A DNA stretch of 42,846 nt, taken from contig JANMJO010000221.1 of the NCBI GenBank assembly GCA_031371425.1, forward strand, positions 1-42,846, written 5' to 3'. A program made the position numbers and the translations under genes. Of the stretch, positions 8,809 to 16,908 are shown one piece after another. This DNA comes from Verrucomicrobiales bacterium (GTDB taxonomy: Bacteria > Verrucomicrobiota > Verrucomicrobiia > Limisphaerales > JAFMIX01). Each line of letters opens with the position of its first letter. Within the stretch, counting starts at the first letter, position 1. The notes under the pieces are model-generated. The model was not told where the DNA came from. It saw only the letters and a program-made list of their open reading frames with translations, and ran no database searches.

Positions 8809-9645
8809 ATGGCCACTTTAAGTCCAAGCGAAGCCGCGCAGTTGGGGCAGACGATTGAGATGTTCGAGGTCATCACCCAATCGCAGCCGCAAGACTATCA
8901 ATCGCTGGAAATCCTCAAGGAAGCCTACTCCAAACTCGGCCGCGAACCCGACGTCGTCAAAACCTCCAAGCGCATCGCCGAAGCCTACGTCCAGCTCGGC
9001 CAACTCTCCTCCGCCATCCTCGAATACGAGACCATCCTCCAGCACTCCCCACACGACCCCGATGTCCTCACCGCCCTCAAATCCATCGAGAGCCGCGCCA
9101 ACACCTTCGTCGCCAGCCCCACCCTACCCGACGCCGCCACCGACAAACCCGCTCCCGCACGCGCCAGAAAATCCACCGACAAACCCGCCGTCACCGTGGA
9201 CGACGGCCAGCAGCCCATGCGCAAGATTTTCGTGGACAGCAAAATTATTTCCGCCGGCGACTTCGACCTCTGCTGGCACAGCCCCGACCCCACAACCACG
9301 CCCACCGGCATCACCGAACCATTCATCCAGACCCTCGGCGACAAAGGAATCCTTCCCATCGAAAAATCCCTGAAGCTCCTCTCCGACAAATCCCGCTTCA
9401 CCTACCTGCCCCTCGACAAATACGACTCCGACCTCGACCTCACCCGCGGCTTCCACGCCGACATCTGCCGCCGCTGGTGCGTCCTCCCGTTCGACAAGAT
9501 GAGCAAAAGCGTCCTCATCGCCACCGCCAACCCCTACAACCAGCAGGCCTTCCGCGACTTCAAAGAAGCCACCCAACTCCGCCTCGTCTGGTATCTCGCC
9601 TCCCCCACAGACATCATGAAAAACCTCCAAAAAGTCTTCCGCTGA
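8809..9645 (+). CDS. TPR-like plus T2SS/T4P protein-E N-terminal (GspE_N) domain protein, no ATPase domain
   Basis: Start at MATLSPSEAAQ (ATG 8809). The upstream part of the track ORF is low-complexity. TPR-like helices (EILKEAYSKLGREPDVVKTSKRIAEAYVQLGQLSSAILEYETILQ) are followed by a Pro/Thr linker. The C-terminus (CVLPFDKMSKSVLIATANPYNQQAFRDFKEATQLRLVWYLASPTDIMKNLQKVF) is typical of the GspE_N fold. Confidence 0.75.
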   Translation: MATLSPSEAAQLGQTIEMFEVITQSQPQDYQSLEILKEAYSKLGREPDVVKTSKRIAEAYVQLGQLSSAILEYETILQHSPHDPDVLTALKSIESRANTFVASPTLPDAATDKPAPARARKSTDKPAVTVDDGQQPMRKIFVDSKIISAGDFDLCWHSPDPTTTPTGITEPFIQTLGDKGILPIEKSLKLLSDKSRFTYLPLDKYDSDLDLTRGFHADICRRWCVLPFDKMSKSVLIATANPYNQQAFRDFKEATQLRLVWYLASPTDIMKNLQKVFR

Positions 9646-9650
9646 CCACC

Positions 9651-11387
9651 ATGCTCCCCACCGTCAAAACCTTCGGAGAACGCATCGCCGACGCCCTCGT
9701 CGAAGACGGCCTACTCAACGCCAAACAAGTCGAGGAACTCCTCGAACTCCAGAAAAAAGAAGGCACACGCCTCCTCAAACTAGTCGTCGAAAAATCCTAC
9801 GTCAGCGAAATCGACCTCGTCGTCTCCATGGGCCGCGTCCTCAACATCCCCCCCATCAACCTCACACGCGTCGCCATCCTCCCCGAAATCGCCGAACTCC
9901 TCCCACGCGAAGTCATCCAGAACCACAAAGTCCTCCCCATCGCCCGCCTCGAAAATAAACTCTTCGTCGCCATGGCCGACCCGTTGAACGTCCTCGCCAT
10001 CGACGACATCCGCCGCCTCACCAAACTCGAGGTCTCCCCACTCATCACCTCCGAAAAATCCATCCTCGATAAACTCACCATCCTCGACGCCGCCAAAGGC
10101 GCCAGCATGGAAGACATCATCCAAGACGCCCAGAAGCAGAGCGACGACGAAAGCAACGACCTCGAAACCGTCAAAGAAGCCGTCGAAGAAGTCAACCTCG
10201 ACCAACTCGCCGCCTCCACCGAAGAAGCCCCCGTCATCAAACTCGCCAACCTCATCCTCGTCCAAGCCATCAAAGACCGCGCCAGCGACATCCACATCGA
10301 ACCCTTCGAGAAAGTCATCCGCCTCCGCTACCGCGTGGACGGCTCCCTCCTCGACGCCACACCGCCCCCCAAGCAGATGCAGCTCGCCCTCATCTCGCGC
10401 CTCAAAATCATGGGCAACCTCGACATCGCCGAACGCCGCCTCCCCCAAGACGGCCGCATGCGCGTCAAAGTCGGCGGCAAAGACTTCGACCTCCGCATCT
10501 CCATCATGCCCACCGTCCATGGCGAAAAAGTCGTCCTCCGCGTCCTCGACAAATCCAACCTCTCCGCCAGCATCGACAAACTCGGCCTCGACCCCGACAC
10601 CTTCCAGCAAGTCAAAAGCGCCATTGACGCCCCACACGGCCTCATCCTCGTCACCGGCCCCACCGGCTCCGGCAAGACCACCACCCTCTACTCCGCACTC
10701 AACGAACTCAACAGCCCCGTCTACAACATCATCACCGTCGAAGACCCCGTCGAATTCCAGATCCCCGGCATCAACCAAGTCCCCACCAAAAAAGAAATCG
10801 GCCTCACCTTCGCCAACGCCCTCCGCTCCATCCTCCGCCAAGACCCCGACATCATCATGATCGGCGAAATCCGCGACACCGAGACCGCCGAAATCGCCAT
10901 CGAAGCCGCACTCACCGGCCACCAAGTGCTCTCCACCATGCACTGCAACGACGCCCCCGGCGCCATCGCCCGCCTCGACGACATGGGCATCGCACCATTC
11001 CTGATTTCCTCCTCGGTGATCCTAGCCTGCGCCCAGCGCCTCATGCGCCGCATCTGCTCCCACTGCAAAGAGCCCGTGGATTACCCCGCCCAAATGTTCC
11101 AAGACCTGAGCATAGACCCCAGCATGTTCGATGGCGCCCCACTCTACCGCGGCCGCGGCTGCGACCGCTGCAAAAACTCCGGCTACGCCGGGCGCATGGC
11201 CGTCATCGAAGGCATGACCATCTCCGACGAAATCCGCAAACTCATCATCAGCCGCGCCAGCACCCGGGAAATGGGCAAAGTCGCCGTCGGCCAAGGCATG
11301 AGAACCCTCCGCATGGTCGCCCTCGACCGCGTCCGCGACGGCACCTCCACCCTCGAACAAGTCCTCCTCCTCACCTCCGCACATTAA
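9651..11387 (+). CDS. pilB: Type IV pilus assembly / type II secretion ATPase, PilB/GspE/MshE family
   Basis: Start at MLPTVKTFGE (ATG 9651, 5 nt after the upstream stop). Walker A GPTGSGKTTT, Walker B/Asp box DPDIIMIGEIRD, His box TGHQVLSTMH, tetracysteine CSHC...CDRC, and an N-terminal GspE_N/MshEN-like domain. Confidence 0.92.
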   Translation: MLPTVKTFGERIADALVEDGLLNAKQVEELLELQKKEGTRLLKLVVEKSYVSEIDLVVSMGRVLNIPPINLTRVAILPEIAELLPREVIQNHKVLPIARLENKLFVAMADPLNVLAIDDIRRLTKLEVSPLITSEKSILDKLTILDAAKGASMEDIIQDAQKQSDDESNDLETVKEAVEEVNLDQLAASTEEAPVIKLANLILVQAIKDRASDIHIEPFEKVIRLRYRVDGSLLDATPPPKQMQLALISRLKIMGNLDIAERRLPQDGRMRVKVGGKDFDLRISIMPTVHGEKVVLRVLDKSNLSASIDKLGLDPDTFQQVKSAIDAPHGLILVTGPTGSGKTTTLYSALNELNSPVYNIITVEDPVEFQIPGINQVPTKKEIGLTFANALRSILRQDPDIIMIGEIRDTETAEIAIEAALTGHQVLSTMHCNDAPGAIARLDDMGIAPFLISSSVILACAQRLMRRICSHCKEPVDYPAQMFQDLSIDPSMFDGAPLYRGRGCDRCKNSGYAGRMAVIEGMTISDEIRKLIISRASTREMGKVAVGQGMRTLRMVALDRVRDGTSTLEQVLLLTSAH

Positions 11388-11420
11388 TGCAGGCGTAACC
11401 GAACCGCGCACCAGCGTCCT

Positions 11421-11490
11421 GGACTACGGCAGCCCTCTGCCGCTTTGGAAGTCGCGGGCAGACGAAAGCGGCAGTGGGCTGCCGCAGTCC
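11421..11490. repeat. Palindromic intergenic repeat (26-nt arms, 24/26 complementary)
   Basis: Left arm ggactacggcagccctctgccgcttt (11421-11446) against right arm aaagcggcagtgggctgccgcagtcc (11465-11490). Lies immediately downstream of the pilB stop and may act as a terminator. Confidence 0.7.
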
Positions 11491-11507
11491 AAGATCCTCG
11501 CGGAATT

Positions 11508-11580
11508 TGTAGCCGCGCCTGTGAAGGCGCGGAAGCCCAGTGTCAGCCGCGCCTCCGCGTTATCACCAACGCGGCTACGG
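11508..11580. repeat. Palindromic repeat module with GTAGCCGCG core and internal GC hairpin
   Basis: gtagccgcg (11509-11517) is inverted as cgcggctac (11570-11578). The direct repeat agccgcgcct occurs at 11511-11520 and 11545-11554. An 8-bp hairpin ccgcgcct-gtga-aggcgcgg spans 11513-11532. Confidence 0.6.
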
Positions 11581-11610
11581 CGCGCGGCGGCTAAAGCGGT
11601 TTCAATAAAA

Positions 11611-11822
11611 CTGTAGCCGGTAAAAAAACAGCGGCGCGTTCCCCCTCATCCTGACCTTCTCCCTCTGGGAGAAGGAACAGCCGTTGACTGCGTCCTTAAA
11701 ATAGCCAGTCACCGAGCAGAATTCCGCGTTCGTTTCGCCGAGACGCTGGGAGCGTTGCTCCCTCTCCACGAGGGAGAGGGCTGGGGTGAGGGGGAACGCG
11801 GCTGACAAAACAACGGCTACAG
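11611..11822. repeat. ~210-bp composite inverted-repeat (MITE/BIME-like) made of two inverted copies of a 'ccctcaYcc + ctctccc hairpin' element
   Basis: Outer arms are ctgtagccg (11611-11619) and cggctacag (11814-11822). Element A spans 11636-11677 (gcgttccccctcatcctgaccttctccctctgggagaagg). Element B spans 11757-11799 and is its reverse complement at roughly 33/42 identity. The 68-aa track ORF 11602-11808 is just the translation of these repeats. Confidence 0.7.
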
Positions 11823-11838
11823 AATTATCTAATCCGCT

Positions 11839-12840
11839 CTAAAACCGCCGGCGCGGCGGCGTCACCGGCTGATACTGGCTGACGGCGGAGGGGACGGGGG
11901 ACACTACGGCGGGAACGGTGGATGCTCCCAGCAAACTCGAACCTCCCGCCGCGCCAGACAAACCGGAAGACGTTCGCGGCGCCGCAAAATTGTTCAACCC
12001 GCCAAAGCCACTTGCACCCGACGCCACCACCGGCAACGGGCTGAACGCATTTCCCATCGGCAAGGTCTTCGGTGCGTCCAGCAGTTTCTGAAAATCGCTC
12101 CGCCGCTGCATCGTCTCCACCGAACGCTCCATCGGAATGGACGCCGGCGGCGTGAACACATCCGAGAACAATCCACCGCCCGCCTTCACCTCCAACTCGC
12201 GACCACCGTTCGGCTGAAACAACCGGCTGATCGCCCGGCTCGCCGCCGTCTCCACCTCTTGGAACACAGAGCGGTTTTCCAACTCGGCCATCTTGCCGCG
12301 AGCGGTCTTGCCCATCCAACGCTCTTCAAACTTGGAATTCACACCATCGCGGAAATCGCGTTCGTCCTGCGTCGCATTATTCGTCTCGCTGCGGCGACCG
12401 GACTGACGGTCGTAATACCGCTGCAACACGCGCGGCGTCCCGGCATCAAGGCCATCCAGCAGACCGGGAACGGAGCGTCCCAGCTTGAACTTCTCCGCCG
12501 CCGAGGATGTTTTCCCCGCGTCATCCGGGCTGGTGAACATCCAGTAGCGTTGCTCGGCGAGCTGCTCCTTGATCTCGCGAGCCTGCGCGGGCGAGAGGCT
12601 CGGGCGCGAGACCGGCGGCAGCACGAAGCCGCCCAGCGAGTCCTGGGCAGAACCCCACTTGCGGAACATGTCGTCCTGAAGGCGGTTCTTGATGAGGTCT
12701 TCGCGGAATTTCCTAGGCGCAATCTTCGCGGCGTTCGTGGTCTCCTCCGCCGTGGCGCAAGACGCCACAAGCAGCGCTAGGCTGAACCCCATCAACCCCG
12801 CCAACCGCCGCCAGCCGCGCATGGAAAACACCAGACTCAT
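11839..12840 (-). CDS. Hypothetical secreted lipoprotein, largely low-complexity/disordered
   Basis: 333-aa ORF with signal peptide and lipobox-like LLVASC. No recognisable domain. Gly/Ser/Pro-rich C-terminal third. TAG stop at 11839-11841. Confidence 0.6.
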   Translation of the reverse strand: MSLVFSMRGWRRLAGLMGFSLALLVASCATAEETTNAAKIAPRKFREDLIKNRLQDDMFRKWGSAQDSLGGFVLPPVSRPSLSPAQAREIKEQLAEQRYWMFTSPDDAGKTSSAAEKFKLGRSVPGLLDGLDAGTPRVLQRYYDRQSGRRSETNNATQDERDFRDGVNSKFEERWMGKTARGKMAELENRSVFQEVETAASRAISRLFQPNGGRELEVKAGGGLFSDVFTPPASIPMERSVETMQRRSDFQKLLDAPKTLPMGNAFSPLPVVASGASGFGGLNNFAAPRTSSGLSGAAGGSSLLGASTVPAVVSPVPSAVSQYQPVTPPRRRF

Positions 12841-12921
12841 TATCAGGTTGCACCGTAGGCCGAATCGCGGTTCAAGTCAAAATGCAATTGCCCAAGATGA
12901 GGATGCGCTGGTGATTTGAAA

Positions 12922-13890
12922 TCAAACCGCCGCCGCCGGCTGCCGCGCCGCCATCATGAAGTCCAGGTAGCTGATGAGTTGCGCCTTCATTTCCTTGCGC
13001 GAAACGATGGCGTCAATCAGACCGTGGTCGAGCAGAAATTCGGAAGTCTGGAAGCCGGGCGGCAGTTCCGCCTGCGTCGTGTCCTTGATGACCCGCGCAC
13101 CCGCGAACCCGATCATCGCGCCGGGTTCGGCGATGATGAGATCGCCCACCGTCGCGAAGCTGGCCATGACGCCCGCCATCGTCGGATGCGTGAGCACGCT
13201 GATAAACGGCAGCTTCGCCTGCGCATGATACGCCAGCGCACCGCAGGTCTTGGCCATCTGCATCAGACTCATCATCCCTTCATACATCCGCGCGCCGCCG
13301 CTGGTGGAGATGATGACCACGGGCAAACCCTTCGCCGTCCCCGCCTCGATGAGCCGCGTGAGTTTCTCGCCGACAACCGCGCCCATCGAGCCGCCGAGAA
13401 AGATGAAATCCATCACGCCCAACGCCACGCGCTGTTCACCAATCTTGCCGATGCCGGTGATGACGGCGTCCGCGAGGCCGGTCTTGCGGACGTTGGCAGA
13501 AAGTTTGTCCTTGTAGGAAGCCGCACCGGTGAAGCCCAGCACATCCACACTCGTCATCGTGGCGTTCAGTTCCTCAAACGAACACGTCTCCACCAGCGAA
13601 TGAATGCGCTCCCGCGCGCCGATGGGGAAATGGTGACTGCACTTGAGGCAAACCTTCTGGTTCTCATCCAGCTCCTTGTCGAACAACATCGCCTCGCACT
13701 TGGGGCATTTCGTCCACAGGCCGATGGGGATGTCGCGCTTGCGTGATTTGCTGGCGGCGACCTTGGGCTTCTTGGCGAACGACGTGGTCGCGGCATCCAG
13801 CGGCGGCGGCGGCGTGACCGCCGGCGGAACAGACGGCTGCTCGAAAACATCCGTGCCGAATGATTTCTTGGTGAAGGTGGTGGTGGCCAT
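12922..13890 (-). CDS. accD: Acetyl-CoA carboxylase carboxyltransferase beta subunit
   Basis: Zinc finger CPKCEAMLFDKELDENQKVCLKCSHHF followed by a crotonase-like CT domain (GGSMGAVVGEK, ISTSGGARMYEG). Has an N-terminal Pro-rich extension of about 55 aa. Confidence 0.93.
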   Translation of the reverse strand: MATTTFTKKSFGTDVFEQPSVPPAVTPPPPLDAATTSFAKKPKVAASKSRKRDIPIGLWTKCPKCEAMLFDKELDENQKVCLKCSHHFPIGARERIHSLVETCSFEELNATMTSVDVLGFTGAASYKDKLSANVRKTGLADAVITGIGKIGEQRVALGVMDFIFLGGSMGAVVGEKLTRLIEAGTAKGLPVVIISTSGGARMYEGMMSLMQMAKTCGALAYHAQAKLPFISVLTHPTMAGVMASFATVGDLIIAEPGAMIGFAGARVIKDTTQAELPPGFQTSEFLLDHGLIDAIVSRKEMKAQLISYLDFMMAARQPAAAV

Positions 13891-13993
13891 TTCTAAAATT
13901 GAGGTTGCGGTTTGTCAGTTGCCGGCTTGGCGGGAAAGAACGTCCGCCAGTCCAATGCCGATTGGAAATTCCAGTTTCAACACGACAAATCAT

Positions 13994-14737
13994 CTACAAA
14001 CCCCGCGCCGCTGTCCAGACGCAAACATCCCCCGCACCCGCGCCCACCAAGGCCGCCGCGCACGCGCTCGTCGTCGCACCGGTCGTGAAGACGTCGTCCA
14101 CCAGCACGATGCGTTCGCCGCCCAGCCGCAACCCCGGACCCACCGCAAACGCCCGGCGCACATTCGCGGCGCGCTCGGCACGAGTCAGCTTGGTCTGCGT
14201 GAGAGTCGGCTGAGTGCGGCGCAAAAGTTTCGGCAGACACGGGATTTTCAACGCCGCACCCAGAGCCAGCGCCAGCCGCTCCGCCTGATTGAAGCCACGC
14301 TCGCGCTGCTTCAATGGATGCAGCGGCACCGGCACGATGAAATCCCATTTCGCCCCGCAAAGACCCGCCCCGGCCTCGCGCACCAGCAAGTCCGTGAGAA
14401 ACGGCTCGAACCAGTGCGCCTGCTGATATTTGAAGCGGTGGATGACCTCCAGCACCATGCCCTTTGCGACCACCGCAGAACGGGCGGAGATGAAATGCAG
14501 CTCCATCTCCCGGCAATTGGTGCAGTCGAATCTCGTCGTGATGTCCCCCTCGAACGGCAGACCGCAGCGTTCGCAGAACGGCGGCCGGATGAACCGCACC
14601 AGCAGCCAGCAGCGGCGGCAGACGTAGCCCTCCGCCGGCGTCGCGCGCTCCACGCCGCAAATCTGGCACGCCTCCGGATAGATGAAGTTCAACCCGGCGT
14701 CTGCCAACCCGCTTAACACGCCCGCCAATCCGGTCAT
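13994..14737 (-). CDS. comF: ComF-family protein (phosphoribosyltransferase domain with N-terminal zinc fingers)
   Basis: Start at MTGLAGV (ATG 14737-14735), overlapping the upstream TGA (ATGA). Cys pairs CQICG...CRRC...CERCG...CTNC. PRTase motif IVLVDDVFTTGATT. Confidence 0.85.
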   Translation of the reverse strand: MTGLAGVLSGLADAGLNFIYPEACQICGVERATPAEGYVCRRCWLLVRFIRPPFCERCGLPFEGDITTRFDCTNCREMELHFISARSAVVAKGMVLEVIHRFKYQQAHWFEPFLTDLLVREAGAGLCGAKWDFIVPVPLHPLKQRERGFNQAERLALALGAALKIPCLPKLLRRTQPTLTQTKLTRAERAANVRRAFAVGPGLRLGGERIVLVDDVFTTGATTSACAAALVGAGAGDVCVWTAARGL

Positions 14738-15633
14738 GGCTTTTTGAAAACTGTTTTCCGCCAGAGAAATTTTTCCGCCACCACCAGCGTCAGCAGCAAG
14801 ACCGCACACGCGAGTCCGCCATCAATCAATTTGCCCGTGCCCCAGAACCACGCACCCGCACCCGTCGCTGCAGCAATCAGAAAACCATAGCTCTTCAGCC
14901 AAAAAATCCAGCCCGCGTGCAGACCGATCGAGGCATACAGATTGCCCGTGCGCTGATACGCCAGACCCAGCAGCCAGCCCGCGATGGCGAGGCTGAAGAA
15001 TCCCGGCACGAGCCTTTGAAAATCCCCAAAACCGTGCAACATCCGCGGCAGCAACTCCAGCCCCGATAACCACGTCACCCCGCCGGACAACTCCGCGCGC
15101 TCCAGAAAATGCACCAGCGCATACACCGCGCTGCTCACCACCAGCGCGAACCGCCAATGGAATCCGCGCCGCAGCCCTCCGAAAATTCCGCCGCGAAAAA
15201 GAATCTCCTCCACCACCGCCACCACCGCCGCCGTCAGCGCCGCGCTGAACATCTTGGAAGCGATGGCCGCCGCCGGATGCGGATTCCAAATGCGTCCGCC
15301 AAAAACCAGCGCGAGGCTGACGACCAGCGCCAGCCCAGTGAAGCCCAGCAGGAATCCGCCGAGCAGTTGCCGCCAATGCCGCGCCGGCCGGCCCAGCCCA
15401 AGATCGCGCCACGAGTGGACACCCAGATTGCGGAGCAACGGCCAGAGCGCGCCGAGCGCGAGGATGAGCAGCGAGCGGTCAACGAAGCGGTGGAAAGGAT
15501 TGGCCGCGATCTTTTGCAGGGCCGGGTGGAACGACGCGCTCCATTGCGCCAGCCAATAGAGCCACGGCGCGAGCAACGCGCCGCCGAGGAAAACCAGCGC
15601 GAGATAACAGAAGAGGCATCGGAGCGGGCGCAT
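14734..15633 (-). CDS. CPBP family (CAAX/Abi) intramembrane glutamic endopeptidase
   Basis: 299 aa, multi-TM. CPBP motif 1 EEILFRGGIFG and motif 2-like SSAVYALVHF. Confidence 0.85.
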   Translation of the reverse strand: MRPLRCLFCYLALVFLGGALLAPWLYWLAQWSASFHPALQKIAANPFHRFVDRSLLILALGALWPLLRNLGVHSWRDLGLGRPARHWRQLLGGFLLGFTGLALVVSLALVFGGRIWNPHPAAAIASKMFSAALTAAVVAVVEEILFRGGIFGGLRRGFHWRFALVVSSAVYALVHFLERAELSGGVTWLSGLELLPRMLHGFGDFQRLVPGFFSLAIAGWLLGLAYQRTGNLYASIGLHAGWIFWLKSYGFLIAAATGAGAWFWGTGKLIDGGLACAVLLLTLVVAEKFLWRKTVFKKP

Positions 15634-15749
15634 GGTGTAGTTTGGTAGGCCTCAAACCCGACTTGCAACAACAGGACATTTTGCAAATACCGCTCGGCAC
15701 TGCAACCAGCCTGCGAACCGAAGCCCGGAGCGCAGCCGAGAGCGAAGGA

Positions 15750-15825
15750 TGGTGGAGCCTAGGAGGGTCGAACTCCTGACCTCCTGAATGCCATTCAGGC
15801 GCTCTACCAACTGAGCTAAGACCCC
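15750..15825 (-). tRNA. tRNA-Ala (anticodon GGC), CCA encoded
   Basis: The reverse complement reads GGGGTCTTAGCTCAGTTGGTAGAGCGCCTGAATGGCATTCAGGAGGTCAGGAGTTCGACCCTCCTAGGCTCCACCA. It folds as a cloverleaf with the G3:U70 alanine identity pair, anticodon loop AT-GGC-AT, and T-loop GGTTCGA-like GAGTTCGA. Confidence 0.93.
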
Positions 15826-16208
15826 ATCCAGCGGCGGACAAGATAGTGAGCCACGCCGATTTGTCAAAATTTTTCCCGCACCAATCTCACACTACTTCGC
15901 CGCCGCAACTTTGCGCTGCCGCACTTGATCAGCTGTCATAAATTTTTTAGAAATGCTTCGACGAAGATGCTGCGAAGTAACCCTGTCAGGAATCGTCAGG
16001 AACTTTTCTCAATCTTTTGCCACCGTTCCCAACGTTGAATGTTCAGAGCGTCTGCTTGAAGTTTATTCCAGACCGGCATCCCCTCTTGTATCCGTTCCAT
16101 TGAAAAAAAAGTCGGACCGGCTTGTGTCAGTGCCGCATCGCCTATGAATCGAATGCGCCCTTTTCAGTGGAAACCAAACCACCCACAAAACCGGCCCAAC
16201 AAATCTGT

Positions 16209-16871
16209 TTACGCCGCCGGCTGACGGCGCATTCGCCGCGCCGACGCGTAAACCCCCACCAACGAACCAAAGATAATCATCGCCCACGTCGCCGGTTCAG
16301 GCACGACGTTGATGTCCAAGCCCCAACTGACGAGCGTGCTCTGGCTACCTGCTGACAAGTCCGCCAGAAATAACGTCCAAGTTCCGTTCGCATTATGGGA
16401 ATTGAAAACGCTCAACGCCGTCGCGTTCCCATCCGGGGTGTAATTTTGCCCTACTCCAGTCGTAACATCGCCGGTTGCAGCCACACTCCCGATATCGCCC
16501 AGGTAAACGCTGCCGCCACCGGCAGTGTTCCCGCTTAACGTCACATTGATAATCGAACCCGAGTTGCCATACGCTCCCGGCCCGATCCGATCCAGCAAGA
16601 TGGCTGTCATGGTGCTGCTATCTGCCGATTGCAACACCAGATACCCATACAAATCCCCGTTGTAGCCGCCGGAGAGGTTCAATCGCACGGTCACATCACC
16701 GATGGGTCCGGTGCTCAGGCCGCTGAAGGTCTGGGACACGGTCATGCCCGCCGGGTTACCATCGGCAATCACCTGTCCGATGCTCCAGTTATCGGACACG
16801 ACAATTGTCGCCGAAGCCGAAACCGCCAGTGCCATCGCCATCCATCCGGTTAGAAGAATCTTGTTTTTCAT
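16209..16871 (-). CDS. PEP-CTERM sorting-domain protein with proprotein-convertase P-domain-like body
   Basis: Signal peptide MKNKILLTGWMAMALAVSASA. P-domain-like signatures are IGDVTVRLNLSGGYNGDLYGYLV and NANGTWTLFLADLSAGSQSTLVSWGLDI. C-terminal VPEPATWAMIIFGSLVGVYASARRMRRQ supplies the PEP motif, a TM helix and a basic tail. Confidence 0.85.
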   Translation of the reverse strand: MKNKILLTGWMAMALAVSASATIVVSDNWSIGQVIADGNPAGMTVSQTFSGLSTGPIGDVTVRLNLSGGYNGDLYGYLVLQSADSSTMTAILLDRIGPGAYGNSGSIINVTLSGNTAGGGSVYLGDIGSVAATGDVTTGVGQNYTPDGNATALSVFNSHNANGTWTLFLADLSAGSQSTLVSWGLDINVVPEPATWAMIIFGSLVGVYASARRMRRQPAA

Positions 16872-16908
16872 AATCTATTTTCAGTTGTGTTGTGGTTGGG
16901 TTGAGGCG

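Noticed and set aside
9780-10943. 387-aa antisense ORF opposite pilB (a G/D/E/A/V/F-rich 'protein'), plus several other long ORFs in other reading frames on both strands between 8.8 and 11.4 kb
   Set aside because: It is a direct arithmetic consequence of the sense gene using only NNC/NNA codons, so antisense codons begin with G or T and stops are rare. The composition is non-protein-like. The ORF is bounded exactly by the rare sense CTA codon at 9778-9780.
11602-11808. 68-aa ORF (MSAAFPLTPALSLVEREQ...REKVRMRG...)
   Set aside because: It is the translation of the inverted 'ccctcaYcc/ctctccc' repeat pair, so it is a repeat element and not a gene.
15479-15867. Two ORFs (120 aa and 71 aa) on the minus strand
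   Set aside because: They overlap the tRNA-Ala gene and its flanks, and there is no coding evidence.
15750-16208. tRNA-Ala as an integration site marking the start of a genomic island (adhesin plus pectin locus)
   Set aside because: The tRNA 3' end faces the housekeeping side (CPBP/comF/accD). No integrase is present, and I found no direct repeat of the tRNA 3' half. The boundary is suggestive only.
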